Made by a program: the position numbers and the translations under genes
Assembly: GCA_024231215.1 (NCBI GenBank)
Contig: JAAEQR010000195.1
Location: forward strand, 298,488 to 362,487
Source: PVC group bacterium
Lineage (GTDB): Bacteria > Omnitrophota > Gorgyraeia > B26-G9
DNA: 64,000 nt
Direction: 5' to 3'
Shown here: positions 17,980-27,657 of the stretch, piece by piece
Position numbering within the stretch: position 1 is the first letter of the stretch
Layout of the letters: each line of letters opens with the position of its first letter
The notes under the pieces: model-generated
Database searches by the model: none
What the model was told of the DNA's origin: nothing
What the model saw: the letters and a program-made list of their open reading frames with translations, nothing else

Positions 17980-19508
17980 AAAATAAATCACAATACTCTT
18001 TAATGAAAACACCTGCTTTGGTTGGTTTGGATATTGGGTCTGATCAAATCAAGGTTATGGGATTAACAAAGACCTTGAAGGGTTTAAGAGTTAAATATAT
18101 TGGCACTTCTATTTTGCCTTCCGGATTAATAGAAAACGGTATGGTTACAGACACCCCGAAGCTGGCAAAAATAATTCAGGATTTATTTGAATTAAAGGGA
18201 ATCGGTGATGCAAGGGTTGTTACCGCGGTCTGGGGGAGTGGGGTTTTAATGCGTGTGAGCAAGGTTCCCTTAATGTCTGATTCGGAGATAAAAGAAGCTT
18301 TAAAAGCAGAAATAAATCATTATATAATTTTTGCCGGTAGTGAAAAAATCAGTGATACTTATCGGCTTGAGCAGGTAAATGAAGAAGGTATAAAAAAGAG
18401 TAAGGTTTTATTGGGAGTGGTTCGTAAAGAGATTGTTGATTCATATGTCCAAGCGATAAGAGCGGCTGGGATTGATCTGTTGGCTATAGATATAGGTTCT
18501 TTGGCTGTTATGCGTGCCCTGTATGCAAATAGTTTGAAAGATGCCTCAAATGATCCGATAATTCTGATTATTATTGAACGCCAGATAACTAATATTTCTA
18601 TCTTAAAGCAGGGAATTGTTTCGTATTCTCATAATGCTGAAATAGAGAGTTATGATATTCTTAGAGCGGAAAATTTTTTGTCTAAATTATCTTTTGAGCT
18701 TAAGGCAGTAATTAACTATTATCAGTCAGAGTTTGGTAAGGATGTTGGAAAAGTGATAATGTCAGCAGATATGGATCAATTAGATTTATTTGTTAAAGAT
18801 ATGCAGACTAGATTTTCCGGCATAAATATAGAGAAAGGCGATTTTCTAAATGGTATTGATTATGATCAGGAAGCCTTATCCTTAGAAGAGAGAGCTGTTT
18901 TAGAGGTCTCGGCCCGGGCAATTGGTTTAGCTTTGCGTGCAGCAAGGGGTGGCGATTATCCGGTTAACCTGGATCTTTTGCCGACAGAGGAGATCAGGGC
19001 TAAAGAATTCAAGGAGCAAATCAAGAAATTTGGGATTGCTTTAGGAGTGATGTTGGGTGTGCTGTTTGTTTGTTTTATCGGGATTAAATTACAGATAAGA
19101 TCAATTGCTTTCAAAACGACGAAATTGCAGAAAGAGCTGAATGAACCTATGCCGGAGCTGAAAGAACTTTTAGGAATAGAAAAAGGCACAGATATTGCTG
19201 CTTCTGAGATTGAAAAACAAAAGGAACTTATTACTGCTGCCGATCAGAAAAAATGGGATGAGTTGTTGTCTGAGATAAAAAAAGTAGTTCCTAAAGATAT
19301 TCGCTTGACCCAGTTAAGCGATAGAGAAGGTAAAATTGTTTTTAAAGGTGAGGCAGTTTCTCAGGAGGCAGTATTTAATTTTGTGCGTAGTTTAAGAGGA
19401 TCCGGTGTTTTTCGGGGAGTAAAGTTATATTCTTCTAAGGACAAGAAGAAGTTGGGTAAGATATGTATTGATTTTGATATTCAGGCGGTGATTCCAGACG
19501 GATTATGA
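17976..19508 (+). CDS. pilM: PilM (actin-like ATPase) fused to a PilN-like TM/coiled-coil segment
   Basis: N-terminus 'LVGLDIGSDQIKVMGL' actin-fold, then a TM 'FGIALGVMLGVLFVCFIGI' and a coiled coil. Confidence 0.7.
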   Translation: MKNKSQYSLMKTPALVGLDIGSDQIKVMGLTKTLKGLRVKYIGTSILPSGLIENGMVTDTPKLAKIIQDLFELKGIGDARVVTAVWGSGVLMRVSKVPLMSDSEIKEALKAEINHYIIFAGSEKISDTYRLEQVNEEGIKKSKVLLGVVRKEIVDSYVQAIRAAGIDLLAIDIGSLAVMRALYANSLKDASNDPIILIIIERQITNISILKQGIVSYSHNAEIESYDILRAENFLSKLSFELKAVINYYQSEFGKDVGKVIMSADMDQLDLFVKDMQTRFSGINIEKGDFLNGIDYDQEALSLEERAVLEVSARAIGLALRAARGGDYPVNLDLLPTEEIRAKEFKEQIKKFGIALGVMLGVLFVCFIGIKLQIRSIAFKTTKLQKELNEPMPELKELLGIEKGTDIAASEIEKQKELITAADQKKWDELLSEIKKVVPKDIRLTQLSDREGKIVFKGEAVSQEAVFNFVRSLRGSGVFRGVKLYSSKDKKKLGKICIDFDIQAVIPDGL

Positions 19509-20140
19509 AAAACAATTTTTTGAAAATTACATTTAAGTTCATGTCTAATTTGAAACTAGCGGAAAAAATGATTATTGCGTTGGTGATCATGCTTTTGCTG
19601 GGATATTTAGGATATCAGGTGTTTTTGTCTTCTTTGGTTGTTAACTTGATTTCCGTAAAAAAACAACTATCAGTGCAAGACAATTTTTTAAGCCAGAAAA
19701 AACAAAAGATTCGACGGTTGAGGATCATTAACGAGAGATATAAAGAACTTCAAAGTAACTTGGTAAATAATAATGAAAAGTTTTTCAGTGATGAACAATC
19801 GATGGATTTCTTGAAAGGACTTAATAAATTGGTAGAGAGTAAAACTAATAATGATTTGATGATGATCCAGCCGATAGGAGAAGAATTATTTTTCCCTTCC
19901 GATTGGAAAAAGAATAGTGATGTTTATAAGAGTTCGGATATCCAGATAGAGATAACTGGTCAATTTAGCACTATAAAAAATCTTTTCCAACAATTGTATT
20001 CTTTAGGAAAATTAATGAGTATAAAAGAGTTAGATATTCAGATTCAAGAGGAAGAACCGTTGTTGTTAAAAGCTGACTTTGTTTTAAAGATGTATCTTCT
20101 GGGGCAGGGTACAGGGATTGAGGGTGATGAGAAAAAGTAG
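19505..20140 (+). CDS. PilO-like inner-membrane pilus assembly protein
   Basis: N-terminal TM plus coiled coil; position after pilM/N. Confidence 0.45.
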   Translation: MKNNFLKITFKFMSNLKLAEKMIIALVIMLLLGYLGYQVFLSSLVVNLISVKKQLSVQDNFLSQKKQKIRRLRIINERYKELQSNLVNNNEKFFSDEQSMDFLKGLNKLVESKTNNDLMMIQPIGEELFFPSDWKKNSDVYKSSDIQIEITGQFSTIKNLFQQLYSLGKLMSIKELDIQIQEEEPLLLKADFVLKMYLLGQGTGIEGDEKK

Positions 20141-20582
20141 TTTATTATATTTTATGCTGATTGTGCTATTGCTTGGTTGTACAGCGCAGCAGCCTGCTCA
20201 GCCGGATAGAGAGGCAGATTCGGCTGAACGAGTTCAGTTACAAACTATGAAAGACGATTTAACTCCGGAGCCGGAAGTTGAAGCAGAAACTCAGGATATG
20301 TTGCCAGCTAATATTTATGGGCGGGAAGATCCGTTTGCTCAGGTGGTATTAAGGGATCCTGGTATTGATGGAGACATTTCCGGAGGGCTAAGATTAGGAG
20401 GGTTGATTGTCGGCGGAGGACAGCCTTTGGCTATGATAAATGACAAAGTAGTTGCAGTGGGCGAAGTGGTTGACGGTAAAAAGGTTGTTAAAATCGAGAA
20501 AGAAAGTGTTGTTTTAGAAGACGAAGCAGGGGGTACCCAGGTGCTTAAATTTATTAGGCCGGGGCAGGGGGCAGATCTTTAA
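20127..20582 (+). CDS. PilP-like lipoprotein
   Basis: Lipobox 'LLLGC', a Pro/Glu-rich linker and a C-terminal beta domain; last gene of the pil operon. Confidence 0.4.
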   Translation: MRKSSLLYFMLIVLLLGCTAQQPAQPDREADSAERVQLQTMKDDLTPEPEVEAETQDMLPANIYGREDPFAQVVLRDPGIDGDISGGLRLGGLIVGGGQPLAMINDKVVAVGEVVDGKKVVKIEKESVVLEDEAGGTQVLKFIRPGQGADL

Positions 20583-22894
20583 TTAGACTGTAGTATTTTC
20601 TCCAGATTATATCTTGCCTGTTTGTGTTGCGGATCAAGTTTTAAAGTCAGATTCCATTCTTTAATTGCCATGTCTGTATTTCCCAAAGCATTATGAATTA
20701 CTCCCAGATTATTGTGTGCTAATGCGGAATTCCCATCAAGTTTTAAAAGCTGTTTAAATATCTTCATTGACTCAATAATTTCCCCCTGGTTATAAAGCAT
20801 GAGTCCCAGATTTTGATGTACTTCCAGATTGTCAGGAGCAATTTTTAGTACTTTTTTATATTCACGAATTGCTTGTTGTTGCTGGTTTGTTTTAGAATAT
20901 GCCATGGCCAGGTTTTTTCTGGCCATAAGATAGCTGGGATCAATGCTAAGAGCTTTTTTGAACTCGAGTATTGCTTCTTTGCGTTTTTCCTGGTGGGCGT
21001 ACACAGAGCCAAGATTATTATAAGCTTCTGCGTAACGCGGATTTTTTTCTAGTGATTTCTGAAATTCATATATTGCTTTTATATGTTTTCCCTGATCATA
21101 ATATGTAAGCCCGATATTATTATGGATAAGTGCTGTGTCTGAAGCTGCTTTAAGTGCTTTTTTAAACTCAGCTATGGCTTGGTCATGTTGACCGGTTGCT
21201 CTAAAGAACTCTGCTTTTTTAAACAATGTGAAGGGAAATATTCCCTTAATTGGGTCTTGGGATAATTCATTGCCTGAAGCTAGGTCCTTGCTTTTTTCAA
21301 TGATCTTTGCGTTCTGTTGGGAATTTTTAACAAATACAGTAGATATCTCGTCAAAGTGGACTAATGTCCATTCAGGATGTTTATATAGATAGGTCAAAAA
21401 AGGCGTGGTTGCAGTATAGATACGAGTTAAGAGAACGTAATTTATATTATATTTTTCTGAGATTTGTTTAAAACGTTCCGGATGAGAAAAAAGCTGGATA
21501 TAATTTTTATAAAATTCCGGACCGTATACTTCAGTTCTTCCGTCGATAAATACATGCTTTCGAGGGAAATTGCGCCAGATGAAATAGCCCCCACTCTCAA
21601 AGGTGTTAAATATATTTCCCTTGATGTCTGTTTTCTGAATGAAATCAACTGCATCTTTGGGGTATTTTAGGTCCATAATTCCAAAGCCGAAACTTCGGAT
21701 TATTTTATCTCGGAAAAGATATTGCGGAGCCATGTTTTTTGATATCAGAATGGTCATTCCCGCGATTAGTAATATTTGAAAGACAGCGTTTAGCACATAG
21801 CGTTTAGCGTATAGATATTGTAGTATTTTATGTGTTCGTGCCCCTTGAATTGCAGTTTCAATATTGAACATAGTAAATGGTAATGCTCCGAGGACAAAGA
21901 AGGGAATGTTTCGGTTCGCTTTAACTGAGAAGATCAGAAATATGCTATAGATGAAAAGATGAGCCAGGCGCAGGCGTTTGAAATTTAATATAAAGGTACT
22001 AATAGATATTATCAATAATAATTTGTAGTATGGATAAAGTTTAAAGAAATTATAACTGATAAATGAGGGTCTGAGTTCAGCTACATATTTCATGACTATT
22101 TCTTTATATTGAGTCTCATTGAATCCAGTCAGGGTTAAAAAAGGAAAAGATAGTCCCGCAAGGCCTTCGGGATTGATGAGGCCGCTTAGCAGGGAAGCTA
22201 TGGCTAGTCCTAATAGGATGTAGTATTTTTTGTCTTTTATAAGAGATGACTCATTCCATTTAAACGGAAGTTTTATTTTCCAGGACAATGCTTCGCCGAT
22301 AATATAAGAGAAGATAATAATCAAGCCAACCAAAGAACCACCATGCAGATTTGTCCAGATCATCTGAAAGATTGGAAGTAAGAAAATCATCTTGGTCTTT
22401 TTATGTCTATATCTTTCTAAAATGTAAAGATAGATAGTAATGAAGAAAAAATTAAAGATAAACGGCCGGATGAGGAATCTATGGCTTGAAGCTAAAATTG
22501 CGAGTAGAATTAAAGCCACAGAAAAAATATACATTTTGCGGCGATAGACCATAGTGAATAGAATGCCGAATGTTCCGGCCAGGATCAGTGCTTTTAAAAC
22601 AATAAGCGAATTCAACCCAAAATGTTTAAAAATTGAAAAGAAAAGCACATCAGCCAGCCACTGGTTGTTTATCCAGCGGTGAGCGGTAGCGGTATAAGAG
22701 AAGATATCTAGCTTGGGGATGACATGGGTGGTTAAAATATATTCGCCAGCCTTTAGATGCCACCAGATATCAAAATTGCGGATTTTCTGGATGAAAATAG
22801 TAATAGCAAAGACAATAAGCGATAGAAAAAGGAGATACTTAAGTGTCTTATTTATGGTGATAATAGTAGGTGGATGAGAATTTTGTTTATTCAT
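20579..22894 (-). CDS. polytopic membrane protein (~10 TM, 'FDIWWHLKAGEYI' loop) with C-terminal TPR repeats (7-8); GT-C/TMTC-like architecture
   Basis: Hydrophobic N-terminal ~520 aa; the C-terminus carries repeated 'A..YNNLG..Y...G....A...F.KAL..DP' TPR units. Confidence 0.6.
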   Translation of the reverse strand: MNKQNSHPPTIITINKTLKYLLFLSLIVFAITIFIQKIRNFDIWWHLKAGEYILTTHVIPKLDIFSYTATAHRWINNQWLADVLFFSIFKHFGLNSLIVLKALILAGTFGILFTMVYRRKMYIFSVALILLAILASSHRFLIRPFIFNFFFITIYLYILERYRHKKTKMIFLLPIFQMIWTNLHGGSLVGLIIIFSYIIGEALSWKIKLPFKWNESSLIKDKKYYILLGLAIASLLSGLINPEGLAGLSFPFLTLTGFNETQYKEIVMKYVAELRPSFISYNFFKLYPYYKLLLIISISTFILNFKRLRLAHLFIYSIFLIFSVKANRNIPFFVLGALPFTMFNIETAIQGARTHKILQYLYAKRYVLNAVFQILLIAGMTILISKNMAPQYLFRDKIIRSFGFGIMDLKYPKDAVDFIQKTDIKGNIFNTFESGGYFIWRNFPRKHVFIDGRTEVYGPEFYKNYIQLFSHPERFKQISEKYNINYVLLTRIYTATTPFLTYLYKHPEWTLVHFDEISTVFVKNSQQNAKIIEKSKDLASGNELSQDPIKGIFPFTLFKKAEFFRATGQHDQAIAEFKKALKAASDTALIHNNIGLTYYDQGKHIKAIYEFQKSLEKNPRYAEAYNNLGSVYAHQEKRKEAILEFKKALSIDPSYLMARKNLAMAYSKTNQQQQAIREYKKVLKIAPDNLEVHQNLGLMLYNQGEIIESMKIFKQLLKLDGNSALAHNNLGVIHNALGNTDMAIKEWNLTLKLDPQHKQARYNLEKILQSN

Positions 22895-22949
22895 TTTTAA
22901 TATAGTATATCATGCTGCTGTGAAAATGTTAAGGTGAATGAAAAGTTTA

Positions 22950-22993
22950 TTGACATAATATGTTCTCTCTATTATAATGCACATATGTGCATT
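22950..22993 (+). promoter_or_regulatory. consensus sigma70 promoter (TTGACA 22950-22955, 17 nt, TATAAT 22973-22978) overlapped by a perfect 18-bp palindrome AATGCACAT|ATGTGCATT (22976-22993)
   Basis: Read directly from the sequence; it lies immediately upstream of the DUF134 regulator gene (GTG start 23011). Confidence 0.6.
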
Positions 22994-23010
22994 ATAGCTA
23001 AGGGGAATGT

Positions 23011-23316
23011 GTGAGACCTAAAAAGACTAGATGGATAAAATGTGAGCCTGGAGAGAGATGTTTTCGTCCTCAATGTAACTCAAAGACTAAATTAGAAGGC
23101 GTTATTCTGAGCCTTGATGAATTTGAGGCTGTGCGCTTTGCTGATTGGGAAGGGCTTTCTCAGGAAGAAATTGCCGGGCATATGAAGGTGCATCGTTCGA
23201 CGATCTCCCGGATTCTTAAAAGTGCTCGCAGTAAAATCGCGGATGCTTTGGTGAATATAAAAGCGATAAAGGTTGAAGGCGGATGCTGCAGTGTTATTTC
23301 AGGAAAGAAAAAATGA
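23011..23316 (+). CDS. DUF134/UPF0251-family predicted DNA-binding protein
   Basis: 'EGLSQEEIAGHMKVHRSTISRILKSARSKIADALVNIKAIKVEGG' is the typical DUF134 HTH. It has a GTG start and a C-terminal 'GGCCS' tail. Confidence 0.7.
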   Translation: MRPKKTRWIKCEPGERCFRPQCNSKTKLEGVILSLDEFEAVRFADWEGLSQEEIAGHMKVHRSTISRILKSARSKIADALVNIKAIKVEGGCCSVISGKKK

Positions 23317-24314
23317 AAGAGTTTAATAAGTTTATATTTTCGATTGTAGTGTTCTTGGGGTGTTTTTATTTGCCGATTGAATTGCTGCCGGTTCAGGGAG
23401 CTTTGTTTGAAGCGTTTGCATTAGTGAAATGGTATGCAAGAGAGCATGTGTTACTATGTCTGATCCCTGCATTTTTTATTGCCGGAGCGATTTCCGTGTT
23501 TGTTAGTAAGGCGGTTGTGATTAAGTACTTTGGAGCGCAGGCTAAAAAGATACTGGCTTATGGCGTGGCTTCAGTGTCTGGGGCTATCCTGGCAGTGTGT
23601 TCTTGCACAGTGCTTCCGTTATTTTCCGGTATCTATAAGCGGGGCGCGGGTCTGGGGCCGGCAATTGCATTTTTGTATTCTGGCCCGGCAATAAATATAC
23701 TGGCAGTTATTATGACTGCTCGGATTCTTGGGTGGCAGTTAGGATTAGCTCGGGCAATTGGCGCTGTTTTATTTAGTATTGCTATCGGGTTGTGTATGCA
23801 TTTTATTTTTCTTAAAGAAGAGAACGCGCGGCAGGCTGAAGGAGAATTTCAGTTTGGAGAGGAGAAAAAAAATAGGTCGTTAGGGCAGAATATGGCACAT
23901 TTTATTTTTGCTTCCTGGGGATTTGCTAAGCAGATTTTGCCGCTTTTACTCTTAGGAGTATTGGTTGCAGGATTTTTGCTGGGAAGACCAGGGCAGGAGG
24001 GCATTATACCTTCACGATTTATTCAAATGCTTGTTGGGGGGAATTCATTATTTTCTAATTTCTTTGCGGCGATTGCCGGCGCGTTTATGTATTTTGCGAC
24101 ACTGACTGAAGTGCCGATATTGCAGGGGTTGATTGGAGCAGGTATGGGTAAAGGTCCGGCGTTGTCGTTACTCTTAGCTGGTCCGGCATTAAGTTTGCCT
24201 AATATGCTGGTGATTAGAAGTGTTATCGGAACTAAAAAGACGGTTGTGTATGTGGGGTTGGTTGTGGTTATGGCAACATTGAGTGGAATAATATTTGGAG
24301 TGATAGTAAAATAA
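23313..24314 (+). CDS. DUF318-family permease (ArsP-like, two-repeat permease)
   Basis: 'LAVCSCTVLPLFSGIYKRGAGLGPAIAFLYSGPAIN' Cys-containing signature; the ATG overlaps the DUF134 stop. Confidence 0.75.
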   Translation: MKEFNKFIFSIVVFLGCFYLPIELLPVQGALFEAFALVKWYAREHVLLCLIPAFFIAGAISVFVSKAVVIKYFGAQAKKILAYGVASVSGAILAVCSCTVLPLFSGIYKRGAGLGPAIAFLYSGPAINILAVIMTARILGWQLGLARAIGAVLFSIAIGLCMHFIFLKEENARQAEGEFQFGEEKKNRSLGQNMAHFIFASWGFAKQILPLLLLGVLVAGFLLGRPGQEGIIPSRFIQMLVGGNSLFSNFFAAIAGAFMYFATLTEVPILQGLIGAGMGKGPALSLLLAGPALSLPNMLVIRSVIGTKKTVVYVGLVVVMATLSGIIFGVIVK

Positions 24315-24330
24315 AAGGAGTGTTTTGATC

Positions 24331-24561
24331 ATGAAAATTGAGATTTTAGGTGCGGGTTGTCCGAAATGCAAACAGCTTTATGAAAATGCACAGCAGGCAG
24401 TTAAAAATCAGGGTGTAGAAGCAGAAGTTATCAAAGTTGAAGATATAGACAAGATTCTTGAGTATGGAGTAATGATTACTCCTGCGTTAGTTATAAATGG
24501 AGAAGTTAAGATTACCGGTAAGGTTGTATCACCAGAAGAGATTCAGCATCTTATTTCTTAA
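24331..24561 (+). CDS. thioredoxin-fold redox-active disulfide protein 2 (TIGR00412-like)
   Basis: 'MKIEILGAGCPKCKQL...YGVMITPALVINGEVK' with CPKC active site; a classic partner of DUF318 permeases. Confidence 0.85.
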   Translation: MKIEILGAGCPKCKQLYENAQQAVKNQGVEAEVIKVEDIDKILEYGVMITPALVINGEVKITGKVVSPEEIQHLIS

Positions 24562-24574
24562 TAGGGAGATTTAT

Positions 24575-24994
24575 ATGCGTAAAATAGTCTATGTTATGGG
24601 TGTGTTTATGCTCTTGGGATGTTTTTTGTTTTCCCGAGAAGTGTCTGCTGCGGATAACTCACAGGTTGTTGTTTATTATTTTCACGGCAGTGCTCGCTGT
24701 CATACTTGTCATAAAATAGAAAATCACACCGAGGAGGCAATTAATAAATTTTTTAGCGATGAGTTGAAGGCCAGCACATTAAGTTATAAAATTATAAATA
24801 TAGATAAAAAAGAAAATCAGCATTTCATTCAGGATTACCAGCTTTATACAAAATCTGTTGTACTTTCTTTGATGAGAAATAATAAAGAAGCAAAAAGTAA
24901 AAATCTTACTGCTATTTGGGAGAAGATAGGGAATAAAGAACAGTTTTATAGCTATATAAAAGAAGAGGTGAATAACTTTTTAGGAGAATTATGA
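24575..24994 (+). CDS. secreted CxxC (CHTC) thioredoxin-like protein, putative CcdA partner
   Basis: Signal peptide 'MRKIVYVMGVFMLLGCFLFS', motif 'YYFHGSARCHTCHKIE', and an RBS AGGGAG at 24564-24569. The track start at 24497 overlaps the upstream gene and was rejected. Confidence 0.55.
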   Translation: MRKIVYVMGVFMLLGCFLFSREVSAADNSQVVVYYFHGSARCHTCHKIENHTEEAINKFFSDELKASTLSYKIINIDKKENQHFIQDYQLYTKSVVLSLMRNNKEAKSKNLTAIWEKIGNKEQFYSYIKEEVNNFLGEL

Positions 24995-25671
24995 TTGTTT
25001 TTATGTCTGCATTCTGGTTTGGTTTGCTTACGGCGATAAGCCCTTGTCCTTTAGCTTCGAATATTGCAGCGGTTTCATTTCTGTCGAAGAATGTTGAAAA
25101 TCCAAAGCGAGTATTATGGTCGGGAATAGCTTATACTGTGGGGCGAATGTTTACGTATGCTATAGTAGGAGCGGTTATTATAACTTCTCTGGTGAGTATT
25201 CCTTTAGCAGCTAATTTTCTACAGAAATATATGGGTCGCATATTAGGGCCGTTATTATTTTTTATAGGATTGTTTTTATTGGATATAATAAAGTTTAAGG
25301 GGCTGAATGTTTCTGTTTCTCAGGAAAAGCAGCACTCTCTGGCGAAAGGCGGCTTAAAAGGCGCGTTTGCATTGGGAGTAGTTTTTGCGTTGTCTTTTTG
25401 TCCGATATCAGCTGCATTATTTTTTGGCAGTCTTATTCCTCTTGCGTTAAGCCATAAAGCGGGTATTGTTCTGCCGTTTTTTTATGGGTTGGGCACAGCT
25501 ATTCCTGTGGTTTTTTTCGCAGTAGCTATAGCCTGGGGAGTTAAATCATTTTCTAAATGGTTTCAGTGGATAAATAAAGTTCAGGCTTATGCTAAAAAAA
25601 TAACAGGAATTATATTTATATTAGCTGGTGCATATTATATATGGATATATATTTTAAGTCCAATATTTTAA
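24991..25671 (+). CDS. ccdA: cytochrome c biogenesis / thiol-disulfide transporter CcdA (DsbD TM domain)
   Basis: '[15 protein letters not shown]' and a second conserved Cys helix; 6 TM. Confidence 0.8.
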   Translation: MIVFMSAFWFGLLTAISPCPLASNIAAVSFLSKNVENPKRVLWSGIAYTVGRMFTYAIVGAVIITSLVSIPLAANFLQKYMGRILGPLLFFIGLFLLDIIKFKGLNVSVSQEKQHSLAKGGLKGAFALGVVFALSFCPISAALFFGSLIPLALSHKAGIVLPFFYGLGTAIPVVFFAVAIAWGVKSFSKWFQWINKVQAYAKKITGIIFILAGAYYIWIYILSPIF

Positions 25672-25682
25672 AGGAGAAAAGG

Positions 25683-26765
25683 GTGGAAAAAGTAATACAT
25701 GAAGAAAAAAATTTAAGTTTTTTTGAGAAATATCTGACTATTTGGGTGATAGCGTGTATTGGTCTTGGAATTATTTTAGGTAAGTTGTTTCCACAGGTTG
25801 CGGTAACGCTTGATCGCATTTCTTTTCATCAGGTATCTATCCCAATTGCAATATGTCTTTTTTTTATGATGTATCCGATTATGGTAAAAATTGATTTTGC
25901 TGAGGTGATTAAAGCTGGAAAGACTCCGAAGCCGGTATTGCTCACGTTATTTATTAACTGGGGGGTAAAACCGTTTACGATGCTGGCAATATCAACTTTA
26001 TTTTTAGGGGTGCTGTTTAAAGGTTGGCTGCCGGGAGTGGAAATTATTAAAGGTGGTGCGCAAGTAGAATTATATAGGTCTTACATTGCCGGATGTATTT
26101 TGTTGGGGATTGCTCCGTGTACGGCGATGGTGTTAATTTGGGGACATTTATCTAAGGGTAATGACGGGCATACTCTGGTTATGGTCGCAATAAATTCTCT
26201 TGCAATGTTGTTTCTGTATGCGCCGTTAGGTGGTTGGCTTTTGGGTGTAAATAAAATGCCGATTCCCTGGCAGACTATTTTCTTATCCGTAATTATTTAT
26301 GTTGGATTACCGCTTTTCATTGGATATTATTCGCGAAAGATGATCATTGCGAAAAAAGGATTTAAGTGGTTTGAAGAAAAGTTTATTCATTGGTTAACAC
26401 CGGTTTCTATCGGAGCTTTGCTGCTTACTTTAATTCTTCTATTTTCGTTTAAAGGAGAACTGATTATGGGGCAGCCGCAAATAATATTGTTGATTGCGAT
26501 TCCTTTATTTATCCAGACTTGTTTAATTTTTGGAGTGACATATGCCTTAGCCAGATGGTTAAAGCTTCCATATCGGGATGCCGCGCCTTCTGCACTTATT
26601 GGCGCAAGTAATCATTTTGAAGTAGCGATTGCTACTTCAACAATTCTTTTTGGGTTATCTTCCGGGGCTTCTTTGGCTACAGTCGTAGGGGTATTAATCG
26701 AGGTACCGGTTATGCTTTTGCTGGTGAGAGTTTGTTTGAAAACAAAACATTTATTTAAGGGATAA
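25683..26765 (+). CDS. acr3: arsenite efflux transporter, ACR3 family
   Basis: ACR3 topology and motifs ('[16 protein letters not shown]', 'GIAPCTAMV'). GTG start at 25683 with an RBS AAGGAG at 25671-25676. Confidence 0.8.
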   Translation: MEKVIHEEKNLSFFEKYLTIWVIACIGLGIILGKLFPQVAVTLDRISFHQVSIPIAICLFFMMYPIMVKIDFAEVIKAGKTPKPVLLTLFINWGVKPFTMLAISTLFLGVLFKGWLPGVEIIKGGAQVELYRSYIAGCILLGIAPCTAMVLIWGHLSKGNDGHTLVMVAINSLAMLFLYAPLGGWLLGVNKMPIPWQTIFLSVIIYVGLPLFIGYYSRKMIIAKKGFKWFEEKFIHWLTPVSIGALLLTLILLFSFKGELIMGQPQIILLIAIPLFIQTCLIFGVTYALARWLKLPYRDAAPSALIGASNHFEVAIATSTILFGLSSGASLATVVGVLIEVPVMLLLVRVCLKTKHLFKG

Positions 26766-26766
26766 T

Positions 26767-27186
26767 ATGAAAAAAAAAGTATTATTTTTATGTACGGGTA
26801 ATTCGTGCCGAAGCCAGATGGCTGAAGGTATTTTAAGGTTTTTAGACGGTGATGATTATGAGGCTTTTAGTGCGGGGGTGAATCCAACGGATATTAATCC
26901 TTTAGCCGTAAGGGCAATGGCGGAAATTGATATTGATATTACTGTTCAGCGGTCTAAATCAGTAACTGAGTTTCAGGATCAGGCTTTTGATTTTGTAATC
27001 ACGGTATGTAATAATGCCAAGCAGTCCTGTCCTATCCTTGCGGATAAACATGAAAAAATCCATTGGGATATGGAAGACCCGGCAGAGGTAAATGGAACAG
27101 AGGAAGAAAAGATGATTGTGTTTAGAGAGATGCGAGATGAGATTGTCAATCGGGTAAAAAAGTTTTTGCAAAATATAAATATATGA
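26767..27186 (+). CDS. arsC: arsenate reductase, LMW-PTP/thioredoxin-coupled type
   Basis: 'VLFLCTGNSCRSQMAEG' P-loop together with downstream Cys residues. Confidence 0.85.
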   Translation: MKKKVLFLCTGNSCRSQMAEGILRFLDGDDYEAFSAGVNPTDINPLAVRAMAEIDIDITVQRSKSVTEFQDQAFDFVITVCNNAKQSCPILADKHEKIHWDMEDPAEVNGTEEEKMIVFREMRDEIVNRVKKFLQNINI

Positions 27187-27301
27187 AGCCTAATATTATC
27201 CAATATACAGGTGCGATCTTGTTTGTTATAATCGGAGTGTTGATGTTTTTTAAAAAGATTTGATTGTAACGAATGAGGATTAAGAATGGGAGATAATTGT
27301 T

Positions 27302-27652
27302 ATGATTAAAAAAAGATTAGATAGGGAAAGTGAAGTAAGAACAAATATGCGGGGTGGCCCGGGAGAAATAAATATTACGCATTATTTTAAAAAAGATGAG
27401 ATCAGCGGTCCCTGTCGTTTGTGTGCAGAGTTGGTTCTTGCTCCCGGAGCTGGAATAGGTTTGCATGAACATGCGAATGAAGATGAGATGTTTATTATTC
27501 AGCAGGGGAAGGGCGTAGTTACGGATAATGATAAAGAGGTAGAAGTTACAGTAGGTGATTGTATTATAACCGGGGGCGGCTCCAGCCATTCGGTGAAAAA
27601 TACCGGAAATACTGATCTGGTGATTACTGCGGTAATTGTTCAATATAGTTAA
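27302..27652 (+). CDS. cupin domain protein
   Basis: 'GAGIGLHEHANEDEMFIIQQGKG' cupin motifs 1 and 2. Confidence 0.7.
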   Translation: MIKKRLDRESEVRTNMRGGPGEINITHYFKKDEISGPCRLCAELVLAPGAGIGLHEHANEDEMFIIQQGKGVVTDNDKEVEVTVGDCIITGGGSSHSVKNTGNTDLVITAVIVQYS

Positions 27653-27657
27653 TAAAA

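Noticed and set aside
24497-24994. ORF-track start at 24497 for the CxxC protein
   Set aside because: It overlaps the preceding thioredoxin-like gene by 65 nt. An internal ATG at 24575 has a good RBS and yields a canonical signal peptide.
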